A DNA stretch of 64,000 nt, from positions 7,717 through 71,716 of the IMG/VR virus record IMGVR_UViG_3300036715_000363. The stretch is one strand, 5' to 3'. Below the pieces are notes generated by a model. The model was not told the origin of the DNA and searched no databases. It worked only from the letters and a program-made list of their open reading frames with translations. Below, piece after piece: positions 49,581 to 60,407 of the stretch; positions within the stretch are counted from its first letter, which is position 1; each line of letters opens with the position of its first letter. The translations under genes and the position numbers were made by a program. This DNA is from a virus.

Positions 49581-52526
49581 ATGTCAAATATTGTAAATTA
49601 TACACCAGTACCTTTAAGTTCGTTAATGGCTAATATAACACAGTATCGTTATAATCCATCAAATATACAAAGAGTCATACTAAGTCATTTAAGTGATGTA
49701 ACAAATGGCGTAGTAGATATTGTTGATCCAACAAATCCATTTATATTTTTATTAGAAGCTAGTAGTGTTTGTACAGCTGCAGCTATAACTGAAAATGACT
49801 TAAATACACAGCGACAATATCCTGCTTTAGCTAACTCTATAGATGACATATATTTACATATGTCTGACGTAGATTATATAAATAGATTTGCTTCACCTAG
49901 CGATACTATATTCTCTATGCTAATACAGTTAAATAGTTTAAAAGAAAATATGGTAGATTCTCCTAGTGAAGAATGTGCTAAAGTAACGATACCTCGTAAT
50001 ACTTTCTTTACAGTGAATGGGATGGTTTTTAGTTTACAGTATCCGATAGATATTAAAGTATTTTATAATGGCGCTATTCAAATAGAGTATGTAGCAGACG
50101 TTATTAGTCCATTGCAAGCACTGACTACCAACATCATTGATCATACCACTAGAACTGATCCTAATGGGCTGGTGTGGCTATATTTTGATTTACCTATTAC
50201 TCAGTTTAATTTAAACACTCAACAGTTTTCTGTAATGGCATCAACTTACTTTAGTGACAACATTGCTTTTACTGATCAGTATTATTATTGCAGGGCTTAT
50301 TATAAAAATTCAAATAGTACTGGTTGGGTTGAAATGCTTACTACTCACACTGAACAAGTGTTTGATTATAGAACGCCTACAATGGTATTAAAGGTTTTAG
50401 GTAAGACTTTAAATGTTTCAATACCACAAGTTTATATAAATGCAAATCAGGTTGATGGTGATGTTAGAATTGACGTCTATACAACCAAAGGTGAGTTAAA
50501 TGTAAACATGATTAACTTCTCCATGAATTCATTTAAAACTTCGTTATATGCCGTTGATGAGTATAAAGATACTTCAGCATATACAGCTGCAATGAATAAT
50601 GTAGCAATGATTGCATATTGCGATAAGTTACTAGCTGGTGGTGGTGATGGTTTAACATTCGAGCAATTACGTGCTCAAGTTATATCTAACTCAACTGGAC
50701 CAAGAACATTACCAATCACGAATCAACAATTAATATCAAGTGTAAATAATTACGGCTTTTCAATAGTTAAAGATGTAGACGTTGTAACTAATAGAATATT
50801 TTTAGCTACTAAGCCATTACCAGCTCCAAGTAATCCTAAGTTAATCACAGCTGCTACATTAAGTATAGACACACTAATTAATACTTTTGAGCAACTGAGT
50901 ACCTTATCAACTATTAAAAATAATGGTACTAGATTAACAATTACACCAGATACTTTATATTTAAGTAACAATGGAATAATTACAGTCTATCCAGATAACT
51001 TAACAAAAGCTATCTTCGCTATGTTACCTAGTGATAAAGTTAGCATTGTTAATAAAAATAAATTTATATTTAGTCCATTCCACTATGTGTTAGATAATAC
51101 AAGCGATGAGTTTATTACCAGAGCTTATTATTTAAATTCACCTATAGCTAATGGGTTAAGTTTTATTTCACAGAATCCTACAGCTTTAGCGGTAGTAAAT
51201 ACAGCTAGTTATGGTTTAGTAAGAATAGATAATGGTTATAAACTAACTATCATTACTAAGTCTGATGACATGTATAAGTCTATAAACGATGCTAATAAAA
51301 ATGTACAACTAGCTTTCATACCTACTGGAGAAACAGTTAGAGCATATGTTAATGGCACGTTATTAAATAAGACTGGTAGTGGAGAGTCTATATTTGAGTT
51401 TGAATTAGATACTAACTTTGATATTGATAATTTAGATAATTTATACTTTACTAACTTTAAAATGTTTAATACATCAGACATTCTATCGGATACACCATTA
51501 AAGAATAAGTTTGAAATATTCTATACAACTAATTCAGTACCTGTTAACTTTAAACCAGATAATGCTTCAACAGAATTAGGTTTGTTTATGTTACCAGCAA
51601 ACTCCATTGCTATTACTAAAGAAGTAGTTGACTTAACATTAGGTTTAACATTATCAGATCTATGGACTAACTCTAGATCAGTTGTAAATTATAATTCATA
51701 TCAAACATATAGCGAAGATGTTCCGCTTTATTATGCTAAAGACGTGTATCAAATAGATCCTACCACAAACAGTATTTTCAGTTTTGTAGATTCTGGTTAT
51801 GGTGAAACTCAAATTACATATAACATTTTAAACCACGCTGGAGATCCTGTATTAAATCCAGATGGCACACAAGTCTACTCGCATAGAGCTGGTGATGTAA
51901 TGTTAGATGATAGTGGTAACCCTATACCTAGTTCCGGTGTGAATACATTAAGACATGTAGATATGCTGTTTTTAGATGGTGTATATTACTTTACTACTGA
52001 TCCCGCATATAGAGCTTATATTAAGGAAGTAGCAGATGTTCTATCTGGTTATATTACTGTTGACTTAGTAAATATTACTAACACATTGTTAGAACAAACT
52101 AGAATCTATTACTATGCTAAACGCGAGTTAGGTTTAGTTAAGGTATTAAATAAAGATAGCATTACTACTACTATTGAATCTAGTCAAAGCTTTGTAGTTA
52201 ACTATTACGTAAGTAGTAGTGTTTATGGTGATATTAATATTAGAAATAACATTATTAATAAAACTGTAAATATACTAAACAGTGCTGTTGCGGGTACAAC
52301 TATCGCTATTAGTGATGTGATAGATACTTTAAAAGCTACATTTGGTACTGGTGTCATTGCTGTATCAGTTACTGGATTAGGTGGTAAAGCTAATTACGAT
52401 GTAGTTACGTTAGTTAATGATCAAGATGCATTATCATTAAATAAAATATTAGTAGAGCTAAATGACGGTAGTTTAATCGCTGTTGAAGATGTTACTGTTA
52501 ACTTTTATGATCATAGTTTAACTTAA
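49581..52526 (+). CDS. large virion protein, baseplate-wedge-like
   Basis: 981 aa; DPTNPF.FLLE, YTTKG, GG.DGL.FEQLR. Confidence 0.65.
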   Translation: MSNIVNYTPVPLSSLMANITQYRYNPSNIQRVILSHLSDVTNGVVDIVDPTNPFIFLLEASSVCTAAAITENDLNTQRQYPALANSIDDIYLHMSDVDYINRFASPSDTIFSMLIQLNSLKENMVDSPSEECAKVTIPRNTFFTVNGMVFSLQYPIDIKVFYNGAIQIEYVADVISPLQALTTNIIDHTTRTDPNGLVWLYFDLPITQFNLNTQQFSVMASTYFSDNIAFTDQYYYCRAYYKNSNSTGWVEMLTTHTEQVFDYRTPTMVLKVLGKTLNVSIPQVYINANQVDGDVRIDVYTTKGELNVNMINFSMNSFKTSLYAVDEYKDTSAYTAAMNNVAMIAYCDKLLAGGGDGLTFEQLRAQVISNSTGPRTLPITNQQLISSVNNYGFSIVKDVDVVTNRIFLATKPLPAPSNPKLITAATLSIDTLINTFEQLSTLSTIKNNGTRLTITPDTLYLSNNGIITVYPDNLTKAIFAMLPSDKVSIVNKNKFIFSPFHYVLDNTSDEFITRAYYLNSPIANGLSFISQNPTALAVVNTASYGLVRIDNGYKLTIITKSDDMYKSINDANKNVQLAFIPTGETVRAYVNGTLLNKTGSGESIFEFELDTNFDIDNLDNLYFTNFKMFNTSDILSDTPLKNKFEIFYTTNSVPVNFKPDNASTELGLFMLPANSIAITKEVVDLTLGLTLSDLWTNSRSVVNYNSYQTYSEDVPLYYAKDVYQIDPTTNSIFSFVDSGYGETQITYNILNHAGDPVLNPDGTQVYSHRAGDVMLDDSGNPIPSSGVNTLRHVDMLFLDGVYYFTTDPAYRAYIKEVADVLSGYITVDLVNITNTLLEQTRIYYYAKRELGLVKVLNKDSITTTIESSQSFVVNYYVSSSVYGDINIRNNIINKTVNILNSAVAGTTIAISDVIDTLKATFGTGVIAVSVTGLGGKANYDVVTLVNDQDALSLNKILVELNDGSLIAVEDVTVNFYDHSLT

Positions 52527-52529
52527 AAC

Positions 52530-52567
52530 AAAATAGATAGATACCCTAAAGGTATCTATCTATTTTT
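52530..52567. terminator. bidirectional terminator between convergent genes
   Basis: aaaatagatagatacc/ggtatctatctatttt. Confidence 0.85.
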
Positions 52568-52577
52568 AATTATGTAT

Positions 52578-53627
52578 TTATGTCACGCGTTCATTCAACC
52601 ATTCAGCTAAACCTAACATACTAGAAACTACTAAATCAATACCAGATACTATTTTATTTACTTCAACAATATCTTCTACTTTTCTAATGAGTTCAACTTT
52701 AGTACTATTAAAGTCATCTAACTGTTTTACAGGAGTAATTGTATCGCCTAAATTACTAATGCTATCAGTTAGTTTATTAACTGACGCAATGGATTCTTTA
52801 GGTAGATTAGCGACTATATCTAAGTTCGTAACAACGGAACCATTCTTAATACCTAATGCAATATTAAATAAAGTAGGTTCAATAAAATCTATACTTGTCA
52901 TGGTTAATAACTTAGCATATTGTGAGCTATTAAAGAAATCATTTAATCCATTAATGATTTCTTGTATTCTGTCACCAGAGTTAGTTAACCAGTCTATTTC
53001 TAGAACGCTTAAATCACAGAGTGGCGTATTGGCAATATTTACAAATGTTTGACCAGACATAAATATCATATTCTTATTAGTAATAAATGCTTCTAAGAAA
53101 TCGGAATACTTAGTATTTAAAGTATTGACTTTCTCTTTTAGTTCGTTTATCTTAGAAAGAAATGCTTCCAAATCTACTTCTACATCATCAGAGTCAACCA
53201 TAGTTTTAAGTTCCTCTACTTTAGTACTAAATTCTTCTTGAGTCTTTACTAATGACTCTTTAATAAATCTAATAGAAAATTGATAATTTACTTTACTAGG
53301 ACTGGCACTAAATTCTTCGATACTTATTTTTTCTTTTAAAAACTTACCAAAATAAGTGTCTATTAATTTAGCATCTTCTTTACAAATGACGCCGCGACTA
53401 TCTAAGCCGTTTAATATCTCTTGATTATCGACGAGTTGTAATGCATCACTGTTTATCTCAACCAATTTTTCAGATATTATTTCAAATATATTTCTACGTT
53501 GTTCTTGCATAGCCGGAGGTTTATTATCTTCCTCCATTTTAGCCAACAGAGCATTTCTTTCTTCTGCTAAGTCTGGATCATCTACAGGAACTATATCGTC
53601 TAATACGTCAGCGTTTAAATCACTCAT
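52578..53627 (-). CDS. putative virion protein
   Basis: 349 aa, acidic; F...PS.VNY motif. Confidence 0.6.
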   Translation of the reverse strand: MSDLNADVLDDIVPVDDPDLAEERNALLAKMEEDNKPPAMQEQRRNIFEIISEKLVEINSDALQLVDNQEILNGLDSRGVICKEDAKLIDTYFGKFLKEKISIEEFSASPSKVNYQFSIRFIKESLVKTQEEFSTKVEELKTMVDSDDVEVDLEAFLSKINELKEKVNTLNTKYSDFLEAFITNKNMIFMSGQTFVNIANTPLCDLSVLEIDWLTNSGDRIQEIINGLNDFFNSSQYAKLLTMTSIDFIEPTLFNIALGIKNGSVVTNLDIVANLPKESIASVNKLTDSISNLGDTITPVKQLDDFNSTKVELIRKVEDIVEVNKIVSGIDLVVSSMLGLAEWLNERVT

Positions 53628-53629
53628 TT

Positions 53630-54091
53630 TTAACCCTTAGCAGCAAGTTCAGCCAATATACAAACCATAGAGTTATAAGTATCGGTTATCTCTAGGCTAT
53701 TATTTTTAATCATATCTATAGCTTCTTCATCTAAGATTTGATTTAATCCAAAGAAATCAGTTACAGCTGTTTCTTTGTTTAGGCAGTAAACTTTACCACG
53801 TGGGTGTGCAATCATGTAACGGAATTCATAAAACTTTAAAGTATAAACTAAGATAGTTTCAAAATCTATAAAAGCGCGCTCATTAATAGTACTAAGGATA
53901 TTAGAGATTCTAATAGCTTCAGATACTCTATATACTGCTTGAATGTCATCTACTTTTGATGTAGGTAGAGCACAGCTATCAGCTAAAGCTTTACCTATTG
54001 CTATACTAGTGACAAAACTACGTGGTCTTAAACCCATTGATAAGTTATTTAAAAACTCATCATTTTCTTTTGATAAATTATACATTCTCAA
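53630..54091 (-). CDS. hypothetical protein
   Basis: 153 aa in operon. Confidence 0.6.
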   Translation of the reverse strand: MRMYNLSKENDEFLNNLSMGLRPRSFVTSIAIGKALADSCALPTSKVDDIQAVYRVSEAIRISNILSTINERAFIDFETILVYTLKFYEFRYMIAHPRGKVYCLNKETAVTDFFGLNQILDEEAIDMIKNNSLEITDTYNSMVCILAELAAKG

Positions 54092-54100
54092 CCTTTCTTC

Positions 54101-55408
54101 TTAGGATAATAATTTTAGTTCAGCGCTTTTTACAAATAATTCATTGTGGGTAATTTCTTCCAACATCTGCTGAAATAATAAATCCTCACGTACACTACCA
54201 TTAATACTGAACACGTAGTTAGATATCTTATTAAAGAAACTATCATAAATTTTAGTATTCTTAATAATGTTATCCATGTCATTTAGATTAGCTACTAAAA
54301 TAGATAAATCATTTTTATCTAAATTTAAAGAACTAATTTTTTCTATGTACTGGTGACGTATTCGAACATAGCGAATTTTTAATTCATCATAGGTCATGTC
54401 TCTAAAATTATCACCAAAGAAATATATTACAGTCCCATAGAACATTGTAATTAAAATAGCTAATGGTATCATTCCGCCAACAATAAAGAATATTATTAAA
54501 GCAGATCTATAAACAATGAAATATAAAAAGTCAGCACTGCTCAATAAATAATAAGTAAAGTTATTTTTTTCAGGTGCATTTCTATAAAACTTATCTAGAG
54601 CAATAATTAATTCACGTCCATATCCAAATCTAGCTGCAAAATTATCAGCTACTTGTTCAGAAGATGTATTGTCATATTTTTTATTATCCATTAAACTACT
54701 TACACCATCTAAGTAGCGTTTGTATAACTTAGTACCAAATATTATACGACTATCTTCATTTACTAAATCGTCAAATGATTTAGAATCTATTTCTAATTTA
54801 TCACTTAACTCTTTAAATAAATAAGTGCGTTTAGATTTATCACCATCAGTCTTAACAGTTAAAGATAAATCAGCTAATATTTGGTTAGTTGATGACAGTC
54901 TATCGCTTAACTCATAGTAAGTAAATGCGTGACCTAATTCATGTAATATAATTGCTACGACTTCAGGGACAGTAAATCCAGACTGAAAAGCATTAATTAC
55001 GTCAATATATAAAGAGTGGGTATATTCTGAAAATATTCCACTTACTTTAGCAGAGGCTAAATCAATATACCCTTCTTTATTTTTAAATTCTTTAATTAAT
55101 TTATCTTGGTTCTTTTCTTCATAACCTTTAACGTGGTCAGGTAATAAGACATGGTTCTTATTAACTGGGAATACCATTATAGCACCAATACATACTGTAT
55201 CAAAATTAAATTTAATACGTAGACCTAATCTTTTAAAGATTATTTCTTCAATAGGTTTAGCAAATTCTAATTTACTTAATTCTTTTCTACTAATTGATGG
55301 TGTTTCTTTAATATATTCTTGGATGGTATAAAATCCAGCCTCTAATAGACTACCAAAGTTGTCGTTTTGAAAATCTATTGATTCGGTTATCAACTTCATT
55401 AACTTCAT
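54101..55408 (-). CDS. virion protein with zinc-metallopeptidase motif and hydrophobic segment
   Basis: AIILHELGH, EQVADNFA.RFGYG, long hydrophobic stretch. Confidence 0.7.
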   Translation of the reverse strand: MKLMKLITESIDFQNDNFGSLLEAGFYTIQEYIKETPSISRKELSKLEFAKPIEEIIFKRLGLRIKFNFDTVCIGAIMVFPVNKNHVLLPDHVKGYEEKNQDKLIKEFKNKEGYIDLASAKVSGIFSEYTHSLYIDVINAFQSGFTVPEVVAIILHELGHAFTYYELSDRLSSTNQILADLSLTVKTDGDKSKRTYLFKELSDKLEIDSKSFDDLVNEDSRIIFGTKLYKRYLDGVSSLMDNKKYDNTSSEQVADNFAARFGYGRELIIALDKFYRNAPEKNNFTYYLLSSADFLYFIVYRSALIIFFIVGGMIPLAILITMFYGTVIYFFGDNFRDMTYDELKIRYVRIRHQYIEKISSLNLDKNDLSILVANLNDMDNIIKNTKIYDSFFNKISNYVFSINGSVREDLLFQQMLEEITHNELFVKSAELKLLS

Positions 55409-55481
55409 TTTTATACCCTTTGTAAAAAATAATAGGTCGTTATATTAATTGTAGGAATATTTACAACTAGAGAGGTTTAGC

Positions 55482-57518
55482 ATGTCTGAAAAACAACTTG
55501 TGCGTGAATGTAGATTTGCAGTACATTTCCCAGCAGTAGATGGTATAGACGTAGATACTCATCTTATTAAAGAACAAGTTCATAATAGTGATGGTACCAT
55601 TACCCCAAACATTAGATTTGTTCAAGATTACAAAAGAAGTTTTTATGTAACTAAAAAAGCTTTCAGAAATCATAAGCAAAAAAAAGAATGGGAAGACATA
55701 GATAAATTAATAAAATATCAATGTACAGAAAATGAATTAAGAAATACTGTAGCTAAAGCATTAGGTAAATCTTGGACAAAAGATAATATGCGTAGATTAA
55801 GTAATGATCCATATTTATACGGATCTGACATCTCTTCTACTTCATGCATTAAGCAATCATACTTTGATAAATTTCCAGGCGCGCAAAGTAAATATACGGT
55901 AGCTACATTCGATATTGAAACTGATGTAGTAGGTGAACGTAATGAAATAATTATTGCTACATTAGCTTTTAAGAATATGATATTTACTGGTGTACTAAAA
56001 AGTTTTGTTAGTGGAATTAATGAACCAGTTAATAGAATATTAAAATGTGCAGATAAATATATCGGCGAGTATATTGAAAAATTAGATTTAAAGATAGAAG
56101 TATTTCTAGCCGATACTCCGGAAGAATTAGTACAAACTATATTTGCTAAAGCGCATGAATGGATGCCAGACTTTGTAGCTATTTGGAATATAAATTATGA
56201 CATACCTAAAGTAATTGAAGCGTGTAAGAATGCTGGATTAGATCCTAAACAAATATTTAGTGATCCTAGTGTTCCAGAGAAATTAAAGTTCTTTGATTAT
56301 ACTGAAGGTAAGAAGAAAAAAATAACAGCCAGTGGAACAGTATCACCTATTAATCCAGCAGCACAATGGCACGTATTAACAGCGCCTGCATCTTTTTATG
56401 TAATAGATGCAATGTGTATGTATAAACAAATTAGAACAGGTACGCCTGAAGAACAGTCTTATTCTTTAGATGCTATTCTAAATAAAGAGTTAGGTATTAG
56501 AAAATTAGCTTTTAAAGAAGCTGATGATTACCATGGTCTAGAGAAACACCAATTTTTACAATCTCATTATAAGTTAGAATATATTGTTTACAATATGTTT
56601 GATTCATTATCTATGTTGGAATTAGATAAGAAAACAAATGACTTATCATTCACTACTGGTGTGTTTGCTGGGTGTTCAGATTTTGCTAGATTTAATTCAC
56701 AGCCTAAGAAAGCAGTCGATACTTTACATTTCTATGCATTAGCTAATGGCAAAGTAATAGGTAGTACTGGTTCTGGTGATGACCCTATGGATAGTCAGAC
56801 CTATGGGTTAGGTGGATGGATTGTTATGTTACCTTCTCATTTAGTTACAGACAATGGGATGAACTGTATATCTGAATATCCTAATATAAATACTAGCGTG
56901 CGTGTAGCGATGGCTGATTAAAAAACGTCTAAATATAGATACTATTTCTTATTTTAAAATTAAAGACGCTTATAGTCCAACTACAAAGAAACTTGTAGAT
57001 TGAATCTTTTGAATTGCTGGAAACTCCTTAGAGCTATACTACCAAAGCAGATAGTGAAAACTAATATGTCATGGTTTGAAAAGTGTATAGATTGGACAAT
57101 CAGCAGCTAAGACTCTAAACTCGTAAGAGCATGAGTAAAGTTCAACGACTATCCCGTAGCTGGGAGTACACTCAAGTGAGTGGAAGTGGAAGACTGCCTA
57201 GATATTAGGTAGATGATATAGTCTGTTCTATATGGAGACATATAGCTGAGTTTAATTACTCGGGTCTAAATTAACGAATTAGACTGAACATAAAAGTTAG
57301 ACGTTGCAGCCGCATATCCTAACGGTGGTATATGTTTTAATATATCTAAAGAAACGACTGTAAAGGAGATGGTTGAGGTTAAAGGTATGCCGGAGTACAC
57401 AGCTAAGATGCAAGGAATTAATCTATCTGGTGGCTCTACAAATGCTTTAGAATATTGCACTACTATGTTTGGTTTTCCTGATTTACCTGACTTACTAAAA
57501 GAGTTTACTAATACATAA
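55482..57518 (+). CDS. split family-B DNA polymerase, N-terminal subunit (3'-5' exonuclease plus motif A); exons 55482-56918 and 57297-57518
   Basis: ExoI FDIETD, ExoII WNINYD, SYSLD, ExoIII YNMFD; spliced junction gives D-LDVAAAYP (DxxSxYP-like); position fits phiKZ gp82. Confidence 0.82.
56919..57296 (+). mobile_element. ORF-less group I intron (378 nt)
   Basis: P AATTGCTGGAAA near 57013, Q AATCAGCAG near 57098, R TTCAACGACTA near 57141, S GATATAGTC near 57215; exon ends in U, intron ends in G. Confidence 0.85.
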
Positions 57519-57550
57519 AAAAAATAGAGAGGATAAAACCTCTCTATTTT
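57519..57550. terminator. bidirectional terminator
   Basis: aaaatagagagg/cctctctatttt. Confidence 0.8.
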
Positions 57551-57956
57551 GTTATCGTAATTTCAATGCTTTCTTCATCGTAACTAAAAGAAGAATAACA
57601 TTAATACCAGGGACCATCATTAATGGTAGTCCTCTTAATAATACCTTATCTGGTACGTTGCTATTTTTAATAACGTGTAACCAGATAAGTAAAACAGATA
57701 TTGTTAAACTAGTCATTCATCCTCCCGCTTTCTCCAGTATGGCGAATTTCTTATGTTACCACGATGATCTTTTTCTTTATATACAAGAACATCTTCAATT
57801 CGACAAGGTGAGTCTAATTGAAGAGTGCCATTAATGGCATCCTCTATTCCAGATATTGTTGATGATATGCAATCAAATACATTTTCATTTAAAAAACTAA
57901 ACATATACTTCTCCAAACAAAGTGATCCAATACGAAAGTGCACTAGATTCAATATA

Positions 57957-57964
57957 GTTATGTA
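57957..57964 (-). promoter_or_regulatory. early-type promoter variant TACATAAC
   Basis: context nearly identical to 18837 promoter. Confidence 0.55.
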
Positions 57965-58093
57965 TGGTTGAAAATAAATGGAATCAAAAAAAAATACACA
58001 CGATATAAAAATGATCCAAAATTATTAATACTAAATAAAGTATTTATTATAGTTAACATTTTATAATTCCTCATTTATAATAAATTAAATCAC

Positions 58094-58133
58094 ACTATCA
58101 TACTAGAGGCGTAAACGCCTCTAGTATGATAGT
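58094..58133 (-). terminator. long hairpin/terminator
   Basis: actatcatactagaggcgt/acgcctctagtatgatagt. Confidence 0.65.
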
Positions 58134-58313
58134 AGTTTATGTTTCTGCTTTACATGAAACTTTTATTTCATTCCTGTTTTCTTTATACTCTTCTAACACT
58201 AAAACAACAGCACTATAATGAGAATCCGTTATTACTTTATGTACCTTAGCAGGATTGTTACCTACCGTTACTTTAACGCGAAACTTTAATTGTGACATAC
58301 ATACTACTCCTTT

Positions 58314-58661
58314 TTAATAAGCTTCAAACATTTCTTCTAATGCCAATTTATTTAATTCTTTTTTAGAAGGAACTAAAGTCTTTTTTGGTATGAGTGGGAT
58401 TTCAATTAATCCACTCATGATACGTACCTTATTTAATACATGTACACCTGCGAGTAAACATGATTCTACGTCGTGTATATCTATAGTCGGTAATGATAGA
58501 TTATACAATGGATCTTGGCCATACGGTGTATCGTCATCTGGTTCAGTTCGTTTTGTTATTCTAACTATACCGTTGTTTGTTTCTATGTAAATATTAAATC
58601 TACATATTCCGTTCATGCATGGATAAATAATACTGCTTTTATAAAACTTTGAATTACTCAT
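58314..58661 (-). CDS. hypothetical early protein
   Basis: AGGAG SD, 115 aa. Confidence 0.65.
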   Translation of the reverse strand: MSNSKFYKSSIIYPCMNGICRFNIYIETNNGIVRITKRTEPDDDTPYGQDPLYNLSLPTIDIHDVESCLLAGVHVLNKVRIMSGLIEIPLIPKKTLVPSKKELNKLALEEMFEAY

Positions 58662-58675
58662 TTTACAGCTCCTTT

Positions 58676-58984
58676 TTAAAAACTACTGTTATAATTAAGT
58701 TTAATACGAATAGTACCTTTTTCCGTACTTAGTAATAAAGCGGGTGCAGTTACTACATCTTTTGCAAATGTTAAATTAATAAACTCTTCAATATAAAGTT
58801 CATTTTCTTTTTTATTTGCGAAAATTAAATCTAGACATACATTTAATTTACCTACTAAATAAATTAAAGTTGTACTAGATGTTATATCTAACCAATGAAT
58901 ACCTTTTACATCCTTTAATGCATTATCTTTTAATTCCACTTGATCTTTAATACATTCAACAATTGCTTTGAATTCTTCAATCAT
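58676..58984 (-). CDS. hypothetical early protein (start taken at MIEEFK)
   Basis: GGAG SD, downstream of promoter. Confidence 0.6.
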   Translation of the reverse strand: MIEEFKAIVECIKDQVELKDNALKDVKGIHWLDITSSTTLIYLVGKLNVCLDLIFANKKENELYIEEFINLTFAKDVVTAPALLLSTEKGTIRIKLNYNSSF

Positions 58985-59036
58985 TTTAATACTCCATAAG
59001 TTAAAATTAATACAGCATTGTATTAACGTCATATTA

Positions 59037-59044
59037 GTAATATA
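59037..59044 (-). promoter_or_regulatory. early-type promoter TATATTAC
   Basis: exact phiKZ early consensus in the conserved context. Confidence 0.65.
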
Positions 59045-59065
59045 TGTTTAATTATAAATAGAAAC

Positions 59066-59096
59066 AAAAAAAATAGAGGAGCATTAGCTCCTCTAT
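59066..59096 (-). terminator. intrinsic terminator
   Basis: atagaggagc/gctcctctat with A8. Confidence 0.8.
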
Positions 59097-59100
59097 CAGG

Positions 59101-59607
59101 TTAATGTTTGAAATGGTATCTTTGGTAGAACCACTCAGACTTTCTTATACTTACTAACTCTATTAATTCTTTAGAAGTTAGAGTAGCTATAGCTACTCTA
59201 GCATTAAAAGGAAATTTAAAGAAAGACTTGTACTTCTCTATTATTTTATTTTCTATTTCATCGGGTATTACAGTGGCACTTGCGGCTATTGCTGCTACTG
59301 CTGCCTCCATAGAATTAACCCTACTAAGGTACGAGCATGTGTTCTCGTACCAATACATCTCAGGGTTAGATGTACTGTATTTCAACACAATTGCATCTTT
59401 TAGTGACAACAACATGTCACCAAATGCATCTGTTGTTATAGCGTAGCGCTCACCCTCTACAACGAGAGTATTACCAACCACTTCTACTTTTTGGTTGGGA
59501 TTATGTTCAATATTGCCAACATATATTTCATTTATTTCTTTAGCAGCTTCAATAGCTGCCTGAATTTCTTTAACATCTTTTCCAGCTAAAGATAAAATTA
59601 CTTTCAT
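59101..59607 (-). CDS. hypothetical early protein (start taken at MKVILS)
   Basis: AGGAG SD; single-gene cassette. Confidence 0.65.
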   Translation of the reverse strand: MKVILSLAGKDVKEIQAAIEAAKEINEIYVGNIEHNPNQKVEVVGNTLVVEGERYAITTDAFGDMLLSLKDAIVLKYSTSNPEMYWYENTCSYLSRVNSMEAAVAAIAASATVIPDEIENKIIEKYKSFFKFPFNARVAIATLTSKELIELVSIRKSEWFYQRYHFKH

Positions 59608-59666
59608 GATAGTTCTCCTAATATAAATAAAGAAATTGTTATACATTATGTACAATGTTCAATATA

Positions 59667-59674
59667 GCTATATA
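59667..59674 (-). promoter_or_regulatory. early-type promoter variant TATATAGC
   Basis: same flanks as other copies. Confidence 0.55.
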
Positions 59675-59740
59675 TGACTGAAAAAAAATGCATTCAAACA
59701 TATACTACACTGAAATTAATCAGTGTAGTATATAATTTAA

Positions 59741-60373
59741 TTAGCTATAAAAGCTCATTATGTTTTGTTTAGCTTTTTCAGTAAAACCTTTATTAGTAGT
59801 CTTTTCCAAATCAACTTGTTTTAAACTAGCTGCGCGTGTTGAAGGTTCAGCTGTAAGTTTAATAAGATTAAGAATGTTTTGGAAACCAGCGATAGAAGCT
59901 GGATCTAAATTAACCACTTCAAAGAAACGAAATACATAACGGTCATTAAAAACACCGTCAGCATAGTTGTTAAAGAAAGCTAATAATACTGTCCACGCTT
60001 TCTTGAATTCTTCTGGATCAAGATTAACAACATTCTTAATTAAGTTCCATAAAGACTCTTGATGTTTAGAACCATCTACTTGAGTCATTTTAATACCAGG
60101 CGCCATATCACTAATGTATGAATTAATAATACCAATTACATATTTTTGTGATGTAGTACCAGTAGTGGTCAAATTAGCAACTAAATCACTGAAAGGTGTA
60201 ACTACAGGAGCTGTTTGTTTAGGTGTAGCTGCTGGAGTAGGTTTAGTTACCATTACTACAGGTGCAGCTGCTGGTGCTTGCTGGGTTTGTTTAGAATTTG
60301 TCTTAGGTTGCGTTGAAGTATCTTGTGTTCCTACTTCAGACACTTCTGGTGTTTGTGTTGTGTTATCAGCCAT
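59741..60373 (-). CDS. phiKZ-like conserved protein (start taken at MADNTT)
   Basis: low-complexity N-terminus, Y...MAPG, F.DRYVFRF. Confidence 0.65.
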   Translation of the reverse strand: MADNTTQTPEVSEVGTQDTSTQPKTNSKQTQQAPAAAPVVMVTKPTPAATPKQTAPVVTPFSDLVANLTTTGTTSQKYVIGIINSYISDMAPGIKMTQVDGSKHQESLWNLIKNVVNLDPEEFKKAWTVLLAFFNNYADGVFNDRYVFRFFEVVNLDPASIAGFQNILNLIKLTAEPSTRAASLKQVDLEKTTNKGFTEKAKQNIMSFYS

Positions 60374-60407
60374 AATGTTTTCCTTTATAAAATTAAAATA
60401 TTGCAAA

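Noticed and set aside
10848-56921. Stop-codon reassignment or pseudogenes to explain premature TAA in thyA and the polymerase
   Set aside because: Both are explained by group I introns; other genes read normally in the standard code
57713-57952. 79-aa ORF as called
   Set aside because: TTG start lies at the predicted transcription start with no SD; a shorter ORF from MFSF is possible but unsupported
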